Assembly: GCF_030144855.1 (NCBI RefSeq)
Contig: NC_082715.1
Coordinates: 145,328,001 to 145,392,000 of the forward strand
Source: Hypanus sabinus
Taxonomy: Eukaryota
Direction of reading: 5' to 3'
DNA length: 64,000 bases
Positions 25,040 to 37,550 of the stretch are shown here, piece after piece. Within the stretch, counting starts at the first letter, position 1; each line of letters begins with the position of its first letter. The translations under genes and the position numbers were made by a program. The notes under the pieces are model-generated. The model did no database searches. It had not been told where the DNA came from and saw nothing but the letters and a program-made list of their open reading frames with translations.

Positions 25040-26720
25040 TTTGATCATCGCTGGTATATTTTTCTCTCAAGATCATTCTCCTGACTTCTCTCCATAGCCT
25101 TTGACGTCGTTGCTAATCAAGAGACTATAAAACTCAGTTTAAAATATACCCAAAGACTTGGTCTCCACAGCATCCTTTGGGAATACATTCTACAGATTCA
25201 CCACTTTACGGATAAATCAAATTCTCCTCATGTCAGTTCTAAAGGGCTATCCTTGTATTCAAAGGATTTTCTCTCAGGTCTACCCTCTCGCACTAAAGGG
25301 GGCATCCTCCCACTTCCACTCAATCTAGCTCTTTCAGTATTCGGTAGGTTAAAATGAGACTTCATCCTCCACACCCCCCCCCCGCCAACCCAACCCCCAC
25401 CATTCTTCTGAAATCCAGCGTGTACAGGCCCAGGGCCATCAAATGCTCCTAATACTTTCACTCTTTCATTGTCGGGATCTTTCCTGTAAACCTCCTCTGG
25501 TCCCTCTCCAATGCCAGCACATCCTTTCTTTGATATGTGGTCCAAAACTGCTCACAATACTCTAAATCTGCTCTGGCTATTGCCTTTTAAAACATTAGCA
25601 TTAAATCTTTGCTTTGATATTCTGCTCATCTCGAAATAAATACTATGCTTGGTATTCATGCTGTTAGCGAGAGTTTCCTAGGAATTGCCCAAGGGACAGG
25701 TGTACCTGCAGGATGACTTCCATGTCTCCTTGCTCCTCCGACTTCTTAATTCGATCTCCGTTTAGAAGTCTGTACCTTTATTCCTTCTACCATTCTCCAT
25801 GACCATACAATTTCCTACAGTGTTCTCCATCTGTCACATCTATGCCCATTCACCTGATCCGTCAAGATCATTCAGCGGATTCCTACTGCCTCAACATTGT
25901 CTACTCCTCCACACGTCTTTGCATCATCCGCAAACCTGGCCACAAATCCATAAATCCCGTTGTTCAGATCATTAACTTCCAGCCTGAAACGTAGCAGACT
26001 CAACACCAATCCTTGCAGAACACCACTAGTCACCGGTAGCCAACCAGAACAGATTATCCTTACGCTTTTCTCCTGCCAGTCAGCCAATGATCCGTCTATG
26101 CCTGTGATAGTTTATGCTCTTATCGTGTTAAGCAGCCTGATGTGTGACACTTTGTCAATGGTCTTCAGAAAATCCAAGTCAATAACATCCACTGACTCTT
26201 ATTTGTCTATCCTGCCTGGTATTTTCTCAAGGAATCTCAACAGATTTGTCAACTAAATTACCCCTTAAGGGAACCATGCTGATTACGGCTGGTTTTATGA
26301 TATGCCGCCAAGTACCTAGAAATTTCGTCCTTACTAATGGATTCTAGCAAACTCAATATATTAAAATTTCGATTAAACATGAGCATGTTTACTAGGAAAT
26401 TAACTGACGTCAGGCTAACTGGCCCATAATATCCTGCATTTTGCGACCATTTCTTCTCCGAATGTGGAGTAATATTTGTGAGTTTCCAGTCCTGCGGACC
26501 CATTGGACCATTCTTGAAAGATCGTTACTAATGCCTCTTTAATCTATCCAGCTACCCCCTTCAGAATCCTGTAGTCCATCTAGTTCGTCGACTTATCTAA
26601 CTTCAGATCTTTCAGCCTCCCAAGCTCCTTCTCCTTCGTCATAGCAACTACTATCACTTATGTTTAATTTCCATTAATGCTTAATTTCGATATTTGTTTC
26701 CCTCAACTAGATCTTTTCAC
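25040..26720 (-). mobile_element. Old CR1 fragments in the J-C intron of cluster 2
   Basis: WLPVTSGVLQG..RFADDAKTCGG. Paralog of 6470-8220. Confidence 0.8.
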
Positions 26721-27688
26721 GTTACTTCAGCTCCTCTTGTTCTATACCTATTAACCTGAAGTCATCAAGATTCTGGTGCTCCGTTCTAACTTCTATCCAA
26801 TTTCCCTTCAGCAAGACGCCGCCCCAAAGCCCACCTCGGCCTTACCAGTGTGTTTGACCTTCTGCGCCGTCTCAGTGTAAATGTCTCAGCTTTGATAACA
26901 AATTATCAATCAGCCCACCTGTTTTGTTTACATTTCGAACTCTCCAGCCCCGCGGGCCATTGAGTGTCTAACTTTTGGATACCTGATCATTACCGTACTA
27001 AGTGATCTCGCCATGAATAACAACTCTGAGGTCAGAAACTCTGGAAAATCGCTCTTTAGCTTTTTGCCTTGTCGCTGCGTTTTCCTCCGGGGTACCACTG
27101 TAAAACGATTTCTTTATAAATTCTGTTTTGTAGTTTTGATATCCTATTGTGTGGATGGGTTCAACTTTTCAAATTAATGGAAAAACTGATTATAAAAACA
27201 ATGACCCAGATATCCACATCTTCTGGATTTCATAGACATCTGAGAGTTGTTTTCGGGCTTTTCTTCAGTGTCTATCACCTTGGTCCAAACAACACTTTAG
27301 GAGTTAATTGAGGGACTAAAAACTAGAAAATCCAAGTATAAAACCTTAACTGGTATTATTTATTCACATTAAAATACTTCCATGATTTTCAGCCATTCAC
27401 AATCCCTCCTTTACTGCGGCGAATCGCGGCATCTCCGAGGAGAGACAAAGACACAGTATGTCAATCAAATCCATTGCTTCATCTCGCTTTTTACGTGAAT
27501 AGCTGCGACGACATTTCGGAGTTTTGCCACGCGCTTTGCCATATCTCTTTCAGGGTTTCTTATTGGTTCTGTGATTCATGTCCTTACGAGTATAACATCA
27601 TGGAACATGCCAATAATCTGTCACGAAAGTTTGATTCCTATTTATATCAATTAATAATTCATTTCCCTGCACTTCTTTCTATCTACAG

Positions 27689-28011
27689 GTCCGCGAAAAC
27701 CCGCCGTATCCGTACTCCGACCGTCTGCGGAAGAAATTCGGGGACAGGGCACCGCCACCCTGGTGTGTTTAGTGAGCGGGTTTAATCCGGCCGCTGTGAA
27801 TATCGAGTGGACTGTGGACGGCAGTACGAGAAGGAATGGCGTTGAGACCAGCCGGATCCAGCAGGACGCCGACAACACGTTCAGTACGAGCAGTTACCTG
27901 ACTCTGCCAGCCTCAGACTGGAACTCACACGAGCGTTACTCCTGCGTGGTTAAACACGAGACTCAGGCAACCCCATTTCAAACAAACATCGCGCGATCCA
28001 GCTGTATGTAA
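27689..28011 (+). CDS. IGLC: Ig lambda cluster 2 constant exon (intact)
   Basis: (S)PRKPAVSVLRPSAEEIRGQGTATLVCLVSGF..WTVDG..GVETSRIQQ..YSCVVKH..ARSSCM*. This is a C1-set domain with a penultimate Cys, of the cartilaginous-fish lambda/type II kind. Confidence 0.95.
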
Positions 28012-28040
28012 TACAATATGTTTAGAGGCTGTTTCTTTAA

Positions 28041-28046
28041 AATAAA
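28041..28046 (+). terminator. Poly(A) signal, cluster 2
   Basis: AATAAA about 30 nt after the stop. Confidence 0.7.
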
Positions 28047-29489
28047 ACAAACGAATTTCATGTACAGATGTTAAATTTTTGATTGTAGCTGACACATTTC
28101 GCAACCGGGAGAAAACAGGCATTGCGTCCTGGTGGACGTTCTTAAATAGCATTCGGTCTGAAATAAATATCATCCATGTAATTTTATCCCGAAGTAATTA
28201 AAATGTACCCAATCTACTGTGGCGTTTTTGTCCGACAAAAGCATTATTTTTCAAAACTTTGCATAGATAGTGAAGATGATCAAACTTTGACATTCGATGA
28301 AATAAAATAGACAACGTCGCTATTGGGTAGGTTTTCCTCCCGAAGAAACCATAATCACTGTGACTACATCAGGACAAGTGGTGTAATTACTTGTCAGCGA
28401 AATTTACATACATAGTAAAAGAAATACTGATACTGCCGTTATTTGAACATCGTAGGCATATTCGATTTCCAGTTTTAACATTGTATTCTCCATGGAAATG
28501 GTTTTTCTACACTTCGTCATATTCGGGAGACAAGGGCTTCTGTACCCTGTGTAAGCAGCGGCGCAGAGCAGAATAGCACTTATTAGAGTTCAAACTAACG
28601 AAATTCTTGCTCAAGTGTCCTTCAGAACTACAGGTTTCATTTGAGGTGATTTGGGCTTACGACACCTAACAAACATTGCAAATGGTAGTCCAAAGCATTT
28701 CTAGTAAATACAGTTAGACGGTGGTTGATTATCTAAAGCTTTTTCGGGATTCAAAACAGTGAAGCACTGAAGATATCGCACCGACATTTGTACATTAGTT
28801 TGTACAATATATATGATGATAGCTTTCTGTGTGTAATGTAGAACACCGTGGCCCTAGTATAGAGGTCGAGAGAACGGTATCCTAAACATAAGATAAATAT
28901 GTTCAATATATAACGTAAAAGATCATTTTCAGGCGAATGAGAATATCCATTGTACTCACATCTTTCTAACAGGTTATACAAGTTGTTTTATCTCGATAAG
29001 AAAAGAATAGCAAGAGCAAGTTTGCAACTAATCATTGAAATTCATACATGGGTTATTGAAACGGGGACATTAATATCACGTGGTCCTCATCAGTCACTCT
29101 GGACTGAGGCCGTTGAACTAGCCTTCTCTGAGTATGGAAGGCCTGTGGAGTTCCCTGTAACTTTACAGCTGCTCAGACCAACCATTGCTCTGAGCAGGAC
29201 ATTTCTACACGTCCTGAAAACTGCGCAGTACTTTAAAATCACATTATATAAAAGTAAATTCCGGTATCGAACCATAAAGTCCGTGTCCGCAGGGACATTC
29301 CAGTTACTGCGCGGCAGGTGCGAGGTTGTACTTGGTGTGGCAGAGCATTCAGTGTTGTGACAGGACGATAAAATGACCAGAACTGCGCTGGGATATTTTG
29401 GCAAAGGGCGTGGCTCACTTCAAACTATACAGCGAAAGATATGAATGATCGCGGTTAGTATGATTAAAATGCGTATACAAAAACGTTAA

Positions 29490-32350
29490 CCATAGCATAG
29501 ACCTTTTGACCCACGATCTTTTGCCCACATTTTAACCTAATCCAAGATCAATCCAACCATTCCCTTCCACAGAGCCCTGCAGTTTTTTATTCATCCATTG
29601 GCCTCAGAGCTTCCTAAATGTCCCTGATATATATTTGCCTCTACCACCACACTGGCAAAGCTTTCCACGAACATACCACTCTGTGTAAAGAATATACATC
29701 TGACACCCTCTATATTTTCGTCCAATCAGTTTAAAGGTCTGCCCTCTCGAATATACCGCTGTCACCCTAGGTAAAAGCCATTGGCTATCCATTCTATCTA
29801 CTCCTCTTTTCTTATGCATCCCTGTCAGGTCGTCTTTCAACCGGCTTCATTCCAAAGCCAAAAGCCCTAGCTCTCTAAACCTATCCTGATAAGACATGTT
29901 CTCTAATCCAAGCAGCATTATGGTAAATCTCCTCTAAACCCTCCCTACAGCTTCCACGTCCTTGCTATTCTGACCAGAATCAAACACAACAATGTAGGTG
30001 TGGTCTAACCAGAATTTTATGGAAATACAACATTAGCCGGCGGCCCCTGAACTCGATCCCTCGACTAATGCAGGCAAAATGCCTTCTGAACAACCCTATT
30101 GACATGCGACGCTATTTTTGAGGGATCTATGTGAGTGGACCCCAGGAACTCTTTGTCCTCTACACTGCTAAGAATCTTCTCTTTAACCGTGTACTGCGCC
30201 TTTGATTCCACTCTTCCAAAGACCATTATTTCACATTCTTCTGCATTGAAAGCCATCTGATACTTGACAGGCCAGCTACGCATCCCATCAATGATCCCAT
30301 TGTAAACTACAACAATCTTAACCACAGCACCAACAGCTTTGTGTCAACTGTCCCATCGCCCTGTCCTTGGATCATAGCTCTCCATACCCCTCCCTTCCAT
30401 ATTCTTTTAATATTAAAAACATATTAAGTATTGAACTCGAATCGCTTGAAATACTTCCAATGGCATCTCATTCCACACTCTCTCTACTCTCTGCGAAGAA
30501 GCTCCTCCTCACGTTCCCCCTAAACATTTCACCTTTCACCCTCAGCTCGTGACCTTTAATTCTAGTCGCACCCAACCCGAGTGTGAAAAGCCTGCTTACA
30601 TTTACCCTATCTATTCCTCACATCATTTTGTATATCTCTATCCAATCTCCACTCATTCTCCTATGCTCCAAGTAAGAAACTGCCAACCTCTTCAAAATTT
30701 CCACATAACTTAGGTCCTCAGGTCATGAAATCATCCTTATAAATTTCCTCGGTACTCTTTCAATTTTGTTGACATCTTCGCTGAAAGTAGGAAGGCGTCC
30801 AAAGCAGCACACAATATAGGAACACCTTACTAACATCCATGTACAGACGTCTGACAGACAGACAGACATAATTTATTGATCCCGAGGGAAATTGGATTTC
30901 GTTACAGTCGCACCAACCAAGAATAGTGTAGAAATATAACAATATAAAATCATAAATAATTAAATAATAATAAATAAATTATGCCAAGTGGAAATAAGTC
31001 CAGTACCAGCCTATTGGCTCGGGGTGTCTGACATTCCGAGGGAGGAGTTGTAAAGTTTGATGGCCACAGTCAGGAATAACTTCCTATGACGCTCAGTGTT
31101 GCATCTCGGTGGAATGTGTCTCTGGCTGAATGTACTCCTGTGCCTAACCACTACATTATGGAGTGGATGGGAGACATTGTCCAAGATGGCATGCAACTTA
31201 GACAGCATCCTCTTTTCAGACACCACCGTCAGAGAGTCCTGTTCCACCGCCCCCCCCCCGAACTTCACTGGTTTTACGAACGAGTTTGTTGATTCTGTTG
31301 GTGTCTGCTACCCTCAGCCTGCCGTCCCAGCACACAACACCAAACATGATATGTACGTCATATACACCCCTCTACTTTTCTTAACTTCTATAGTAACTTT
31401 CTCGAAAAAGTCAATCAGGTTCGTGAGACAGGAACTGCCCCTCAAAAAGTTGTACTGAATGTAATCAGATTATGCTTCTGCAAATGCACATAAATTCTGC
31501 CTTTAAGAATCAGTTCCAAAGTTTCACCACCACTGACATGAAGCTCCGGTCTATAATTCCCAGGATTATCCCTAATCCATTTCTAAAACAAAATAACAAT
31601 ATTTGAGACCCTCCAACCTTCTGCTACTCCTCCTGTGTATATTAACAGCGAAAAGATTATCACCAAGAGGGAACATACTCTTCCCTCGCTTCCCGTAGTA
31701 ACCAGGGAATGCCCCATTCGGCCCCGGAGCATTATGTCGTTTTTTCAAAACTCCGAAAATATCTTATTTCTTTACGTCACATGTTCTAGCATGTCAGCCT
31801 GTTTTAGGCTGGCCACACATAAGTCAAGGTCCCTCTCAGTGGTCAACCCTGAAGACATTAATTCATTAAGGAACTCTGCTACTTCCTCCGACTCCAAGCA
31901 CATAGTTCCTTTTCTTTACTCACTCTAGTCATCCTTCTGTTCTTCACCTACGTGTAGAACGTCTTGGGGATTTCCTTAATCATACTCGCCAAGCTCTTCT
32001 CATTCCTCTCTTCTAGCTCTCTTAAATTCATTATTCAGCTCCATCCTGGCTGCTTCGTAACACTCAAGAGTGCTGTCTAATCTTTCTTTCAAAAACCTTT
32101 AGTGAACTTCTTTTATCCTCTGGGTGGGATGCTTCACATCTCTTGTCAACCATGCTTCCTTCTCCCTACCATCCATGTTCTACTGGAAGATGCTACCCAG
32201 AACCCCACTAGTGTTCCCTACACAACATTCAAATTTCCTTGTTCATTTCCCTGATAACATTAATTCCCAATTTCTGCTCACAAGCTTATGTATTATAGCA
32301 TCATAATTCCCTCTCCTTCAAAACCATCTACTCTTATCCCTCTCCCAGGG
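29490..32350 (-). mobile_element. Composite of degraded CR1 fragments (interrupted by a Rex-like insertion)
   Basis: CR1-type 3' end at about 29490 and ORF2-like pieces. Collinear with 12980-14950 and 47810-48415. Confidence 0.65.
30846..31335 (-). mobile_element. Rex1/Babar-like LINE 3' fragment, unit 2 specific
   Basis: LHAILDNVSHPLH..RSTFSQR..PRCNTERHRKLFL..AIKLYN and a (GACA)n tail at about 30850-30868. Absent from the unit 1 paralog. Confidence 0.7.
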
Positions 32351-32643
32351 ATTGGTAAATTAGAGAGTTGTGATCACCCACGAGCAATCTGACACCTGGC
32401 CTCTTCCATTGTCTAGCACTAGATCCAGTAAGGCCTCTCTTCTAGTTTGCCTGTTCACATATTCAAAAATCCTTCACTAACAGACCTAACAAATTCTGCT
32501 CTCTCTAAATTCTTTTGCATATAAGCTATGCCAATCATTATTAGGGAAATACATGTTTTTGCAGCTTTCCAAAATCGACCTGCCGACCTACTCTACGATG
32601 TTCCTGTTGAGAGGTGTGCGCTGTACAATACTCCCATTAGAGT

Positions 32644-32774
32644 ACACAAAAAGTACACTGCAGATGCTGTGGTCAAAGCAACACATACAAACAAGCTGGA
32701 TGAACTCAGCAGGTCGGGCAACATCCGTTGAAATGAGCAGTCAACGTTTCGGGCCGAGACCCTTCGTAAGGACT
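32644..32774 (-). mobile_element. 131-bp Penelope-type hammerhead retroposon with 9-bp TSD
   Basis: TSD CATTAGAGT at 32635-32643 and 32775-32783. Empty site in unit 1 (about 15245-15262). Minus-strand hammerhead at 32739-32774 with a mutated core (CUUACGA). Confidence 0.8.
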
Positions 32775-33429
32775 CATTAGAGTGACTACAACCCTTCCTA
32801 TTTCTGAATTCCACCCACAGTGACGTCGGAACATCACTGTGGGAACATCAGCTTTTCCTGCCTTTGTGATAGCCATATTTTGGATCGGGAATGCGAATGG
32901 TTCCTCCAAGAATAAAAAGGCAAATACATGTTATCATCGTTCTTTACCTCGTGGTTTTCCAATACCTTTCTTGATTTTCGAGCAACACGGGTGCGCGTTA
33001 AATGTTTCACAGAGATACAGACCGTAGTTTGATTAAGAGTCTTGGAATGCGCAGTATCTCTACGTTTTAGCAGATGAGGATTCTCCTGTTGTAACTTCTT
33101 CAGACATGTCATTTCCGTGCACTCCTGTGCTGAAACATTGATAAGAGTCACATCAATGGCTAACGTGGAAAATAAACCTTTATGGTAGAGGTGTAATATC
33201 TTCCCTGATCTAGATTGCTATTACTAGATTTAATTGGCTAATTATTCGGTCACAGCTGATGTTGATTAATCGTTTCGGCGCTGCTGAGCCATTACCTGTC
33301 TTCATCGGATGGACCATCATATAATCTCTTGTATATTCATTAATTCGTTGAACGCACTTGTTAGAAGTCGAAGGAATTTCAATCAGTATTTGAATCTGCC
33401 TTGAACGAGGGCAGAATAATAAGTGATAA

Positions 33430-34080
33430 AATGTTGTCATGGATAGAAAATTGATTGACTGACAAAAAATGAAGTTCAGACATTAAAGGGCGAGTCTCTG
33501 GAATGATATATCTCACAATCTGTGAAACAATTCAGGTCCTTCCACTTCGCTGATGACAAAAATAGGTAATTACATTGTGAAGAGAAAGTCAAAAGGCTCC
33601 GGAGGGATATTGATGATCTAGTGGGTGACCTAAAATACGGCAAAGCAAAAAGAGGAAAAAGAAGAAAAGAGGGAAATAGAGTGACTGAGCTGGCATGAAA
33701 AATGCTTCAACAGCATATTTTCCAACAATTTGGAGATTGTAACCTTCCAAGTTGAAGAGGGGTACGGGCATTTAGATCACGGTAGTATGTAACTCACAAA
33801 ATGCTATTATTCAGGTGCAAGTAACTAAAAAGGCTGGGATCATGTTAAGGGAATTATGTGCAAAATTTGGGGGTGTTATGCTTCATGTGACAGGGCAATA
33901 AAGAACCAAATGTGGACTGTGTACTGAATTCTTCTTACTTAAAAATTATCTAAATGTGTTAGAAGTTCAGAGGAAGCTTACAAGAACGATTTCGTTGGTG
34001 GTTCGGTATCCTAGGAGAAACTGTGTATAGGTTCGAATTCTATCTACTGGAGTTCATCAGAGTTATGGGACTTGACTAGA
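33430..34080 (+). mobile_element. Highly degraded CR1 RT fragment
   Basis: WIEN*LTDK and FADD-like remnants. Confidence 0.5.
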
Positions 34081-36002
34081 ATCTAGTAGTCCTTAATAAC
34101 AATACGTATGCTTCATAAACCTTGTAGTCCGAGGTTCTGCAGCTCGAAGGGCTCATGACAATACCTTCCGGCACCTGACGACCTGGGGAACCCGGGAGTA
34201 ACACAAGGCAGACAGACCTGGGGAATCCGAGACTGGCGATTCATCTTCCAACAAGGTTGGTCGTCTCGAGATAGACCTGATAAACTGGAGACAGACCTGA
34301 GGAACTTGAGATACTCTTGGGGATCCCGAGACAGGACTGGTCATCTCGAGATAGACATTGAATAAATTTGGGAAACATGAAATAAATCTGGGGAATATAG
34401 AATAAAACTCGGCAAAATAGAATAGTCCTCGGACGCCTGGAGGGCCATGGCAGGCCCAGGAACCTTTAACAACACTAAAATTCTTGATAAAAGCCTTTAA
34501 TGTGGTCTCGGCAAGCTCTGAACGTGGACTCGGAATGTGGTCTCCATAAACTCGGAATGAAGGCTCGAGACAGTCGGAAACCGAAGGAACTCCGGACGCC
34601 GCTTTACAAGTTCCACTGGACCCTTATATCGCTGCGTTTTTTTAGTCACCGTGCAGACTGAACGCAAGTGCCGAGAAAAGACAGGCTGCCAAATGGAGTC
34701 AGCGATCTTGCTTTATTCATAAGAGTTCCAACTGACAATCGGCGGCTCGGTAAAGCGACAACGAGAGAACTAACATTCTAAAAGCTAGGGCCAACGAAAT
34801 TAATAATCGGAAGACTGCTTAAATAATTACCGTACCCGAAAACCCCATGTCAATCAAAATAAACTTTAATAAGTTTAAACAGAAAACGCAAGGCTTTAAC
34901 GAGTCCCTTTAAGAGCACTATTCACAAATAAAGGTTATTTAGAAAATTTGGTGCCCAATGCTCTAAGACTTCCTGCACGGGGGCGAAGAACTCATAACAT
35001 CCGTTGTTAGGCGGGAATCCTTTATCGCCTTACTCAAAGTATGCACCATCATTCGACAGTTTTAACCCGAGCGTTCGTCTTCTCTTCTCGCTTCGGCATT
35101 ACTCTCATTGCTGCAAATTCATACTAATATCACCTTAAATGGAATGTTTAGAGCTATGTCTGTCTTTTGTTTTGTTTATGTACTTACCAAAACAATCTTG
35201 TCGTTATCTCTCAGGAAAGTAAGAAAATCTTCATTCTTGTTTAATTAAAACGGGCAACATAATATCATACGATGCAAATAATTTTCCACACTTCATTCAG
35301 AATCAATTGGCATTTTTCTTCCCTGCCAGCATTGCGCTATGATGACAAGTGCTTCCATTTTGACATTTAACTATCCATGAAAAGTCACAGGGAAAAGAAT
35401 AAAGATTAAATGATAAAAGGAGAAAATCTTTCTTAACGAATAGCCAAAATAGAGAGGCGTCCAATCACCATGCCAATGGAACTGCAATGAAAGTTGGTCA
35501 GATGACAGAGTGCATAGATGAGAGGTGGAATTAGTAGGTGTTTTCGAAAGCTTACAGTCTGGAAATCATAGAAGTTTCAAAGAACTCCACGGCATGAGCA
35601 ACTGCTTTGAGCATCCTTTGAACTCGGATCCCAGGATCCCTCTGATCCTTCACACTGCCAAAAGTATTAACATCAATACTATATTCTGCCATCATATTTG
35701 ACCTAAGAAAATGAACCACTTCACATTTATCTGGGTTGGACTCCAGCTGCCACAATTACAGCACGGAAACAGGCCAGCTCGGCCCTTCTAGTCCGTGTCG
35801 ATGCTTCCACTATTGGTTGTACTAATTGGCTACTATGTGATGTGACAAGCCTCCAATTCGTTGATCTGTTATCTTGTAACCTCTGTCCATACCAGTAATG
35901 CACAATCTACATTCTTTCATACGTCTGATTGGACCGCGCCACACAATAACCTTCATTAAATCCTTAATGAAGCGTTGTCTTAAAAAAAAATCCAAAGAGC
36001 TA

Positions 36003-36432
36003 GCATTAGTGGTCACTTTATTAGGTACGCCTGCAGGTTCCTTAATGCAAATATCTAATCAGTCAGTCATATAGCAGCAGCTTAATGAACATGTAGAAAA
36101 TAGCAGCAGCTGTTGTTCGGACCAAGCATCCGAATGTGGATGAAAAGTGATCTAAATAATTTTGAACGTGGAATGAGTGTTTGTGCCAAACGGGGTGGCT
36201 GAGTATCTTAGAAATTGTGGGTTCCCTGAGATTTTCACCCAATAAAGTGACTCATGAGTTTATGTTCGTGGTCTTCTCCTCCTACAGCTTATTCACTTCG
36301 AGGTACGACGTGTTGTGCGTTGAGAGCTGCTCTTCTGCACAGAACTGGTGTAACGCGTGGTTAATTGAGCTACTGTCGGCTTCCTGTCGGCTTCATCCAG
36401 TTTGGCCATTCTCCTTAGTGCTCGCTCTTTAA
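36003..36432. mobile_element. Tc1 fossil with internal inversion (unit 3 copy)
   Basis: Paralog of 620-1052. Confidence 0.8.
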
Positions 36433-37550
36433 CTTTTTTTTGTTTGCTTTCGTATCATTCTCTTACACCCGAATAAAATGACCACTGACTGTATATGAAA
36501 GAGTATAGAACATTTCACAAACAGCAGCTCGCTGAAAGTGAATAAGCATCGACCGACAGATACTACCGAGGTATGCCAGCTGGACTATTTGGATTGTGAC
36601 TAGAATGTCAAAGTTAACGTCACATTCAGGAAGGACGGGAAGATGAGAAAATGCACAAGGATTCATTCATAGTGAATGCTGAACACAAAGAAATGAAGGT
36701 GGATGGCCTATTTTCAGGGCACGGAGACGAAGAGGTGGTCTGAAATATAATAAAGCAAAATTCTCCTGTGCTAGATGAATCCTGGCAAGATATTAGGGCA
36801 ATGTGCATCCGACGAAACAAAGGTTGTTTGCCATAATTGCACGTTCATGATTACTGGGAATTATACTTCAAACTAAACGAATGGGGTGCGAGGTGCTCGT
36901 TAAATATTTTGGAATATTTTAGAATAATGTGTTCTTGCACCAACCAAAGGACACTAAGAAGGAATTAGAGGCGGAGATTCCATTGGATTCAGTCGCAATT
37001 TTATTTATCGGAGGACCAGGCAGTGCGGCCGAGGGGCCTACTTCGTATCCTAAGAGTGACGTGTCAGAAGGATATTACTGAACAAACAGGTTTTACTTTC
37101 ATGAAGATCCGTTTGATTCCTGGCCCTAGTCGCCCTCAATGCCACGTGATTCTATACTTGCGTCAAGAGAACTGACCATTCAAAACCGCAAATGGCCTCT
37201 ATATTCAGGTGTCTACAGTGTAGGACATAGTGAATGTAACATTATATTGGTTCGTGTGTCATTTACGCCAGAAGGTGGAACTGTTGCATCACTTGATACC
37301 TATACTTGCTTGTGAGAAAGAAAGAACCGGACCCTAAACTCATAGAATAACAGCGACTGTGCTCTGCATCAATTTCCCAAACTTGGTTCATTGGAGTCAT
37401 TACTCCAGAATGAATATTATCTTTTTCAAACTGACATCATGCAAATATCGGGAAATATTACCGAGAGAACATGGGCGATAATTATTGCAACAGACATTTA
37501 GCTTTGGACTTGGAATCCTTTCCTGCTGTCTATGTTTTAAATAAAATTTG

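Larger units (their letters stand above)
15530..33050 (+). repeat. Segmental duplication unit 2 (unit 1 about <1-15480; unit 3 about 35240-50150)
   Basis: Collinear homology of unique and TE-derived sequence around each L-VJ-C. ATG spacing is 18552 and 17675 bp. J-C introns are 3757, 3353 and 3328 bp. Confidence 0.85.

Noticed and set aside
32834-33440. Two minus-strand ORFs with several N-x-S/T sequons as an endogenous viral glycoprotein
   Set aside because: They are short, in different frames, lack recognisable motifs, and partly overlap duplicated non-coding flank. A translated search would be needed, and I have no positive evidence.
36045-36052. Perfect octamers at 36045 (ATGCAAAT) and 37546 (ATTTGCAT) as Ig regulatory sites
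   Set aside because: One lies within the Tc1 fossil and the other is formed at a CR1 tail junction. Neither is conserved in the unit 1 paralog.
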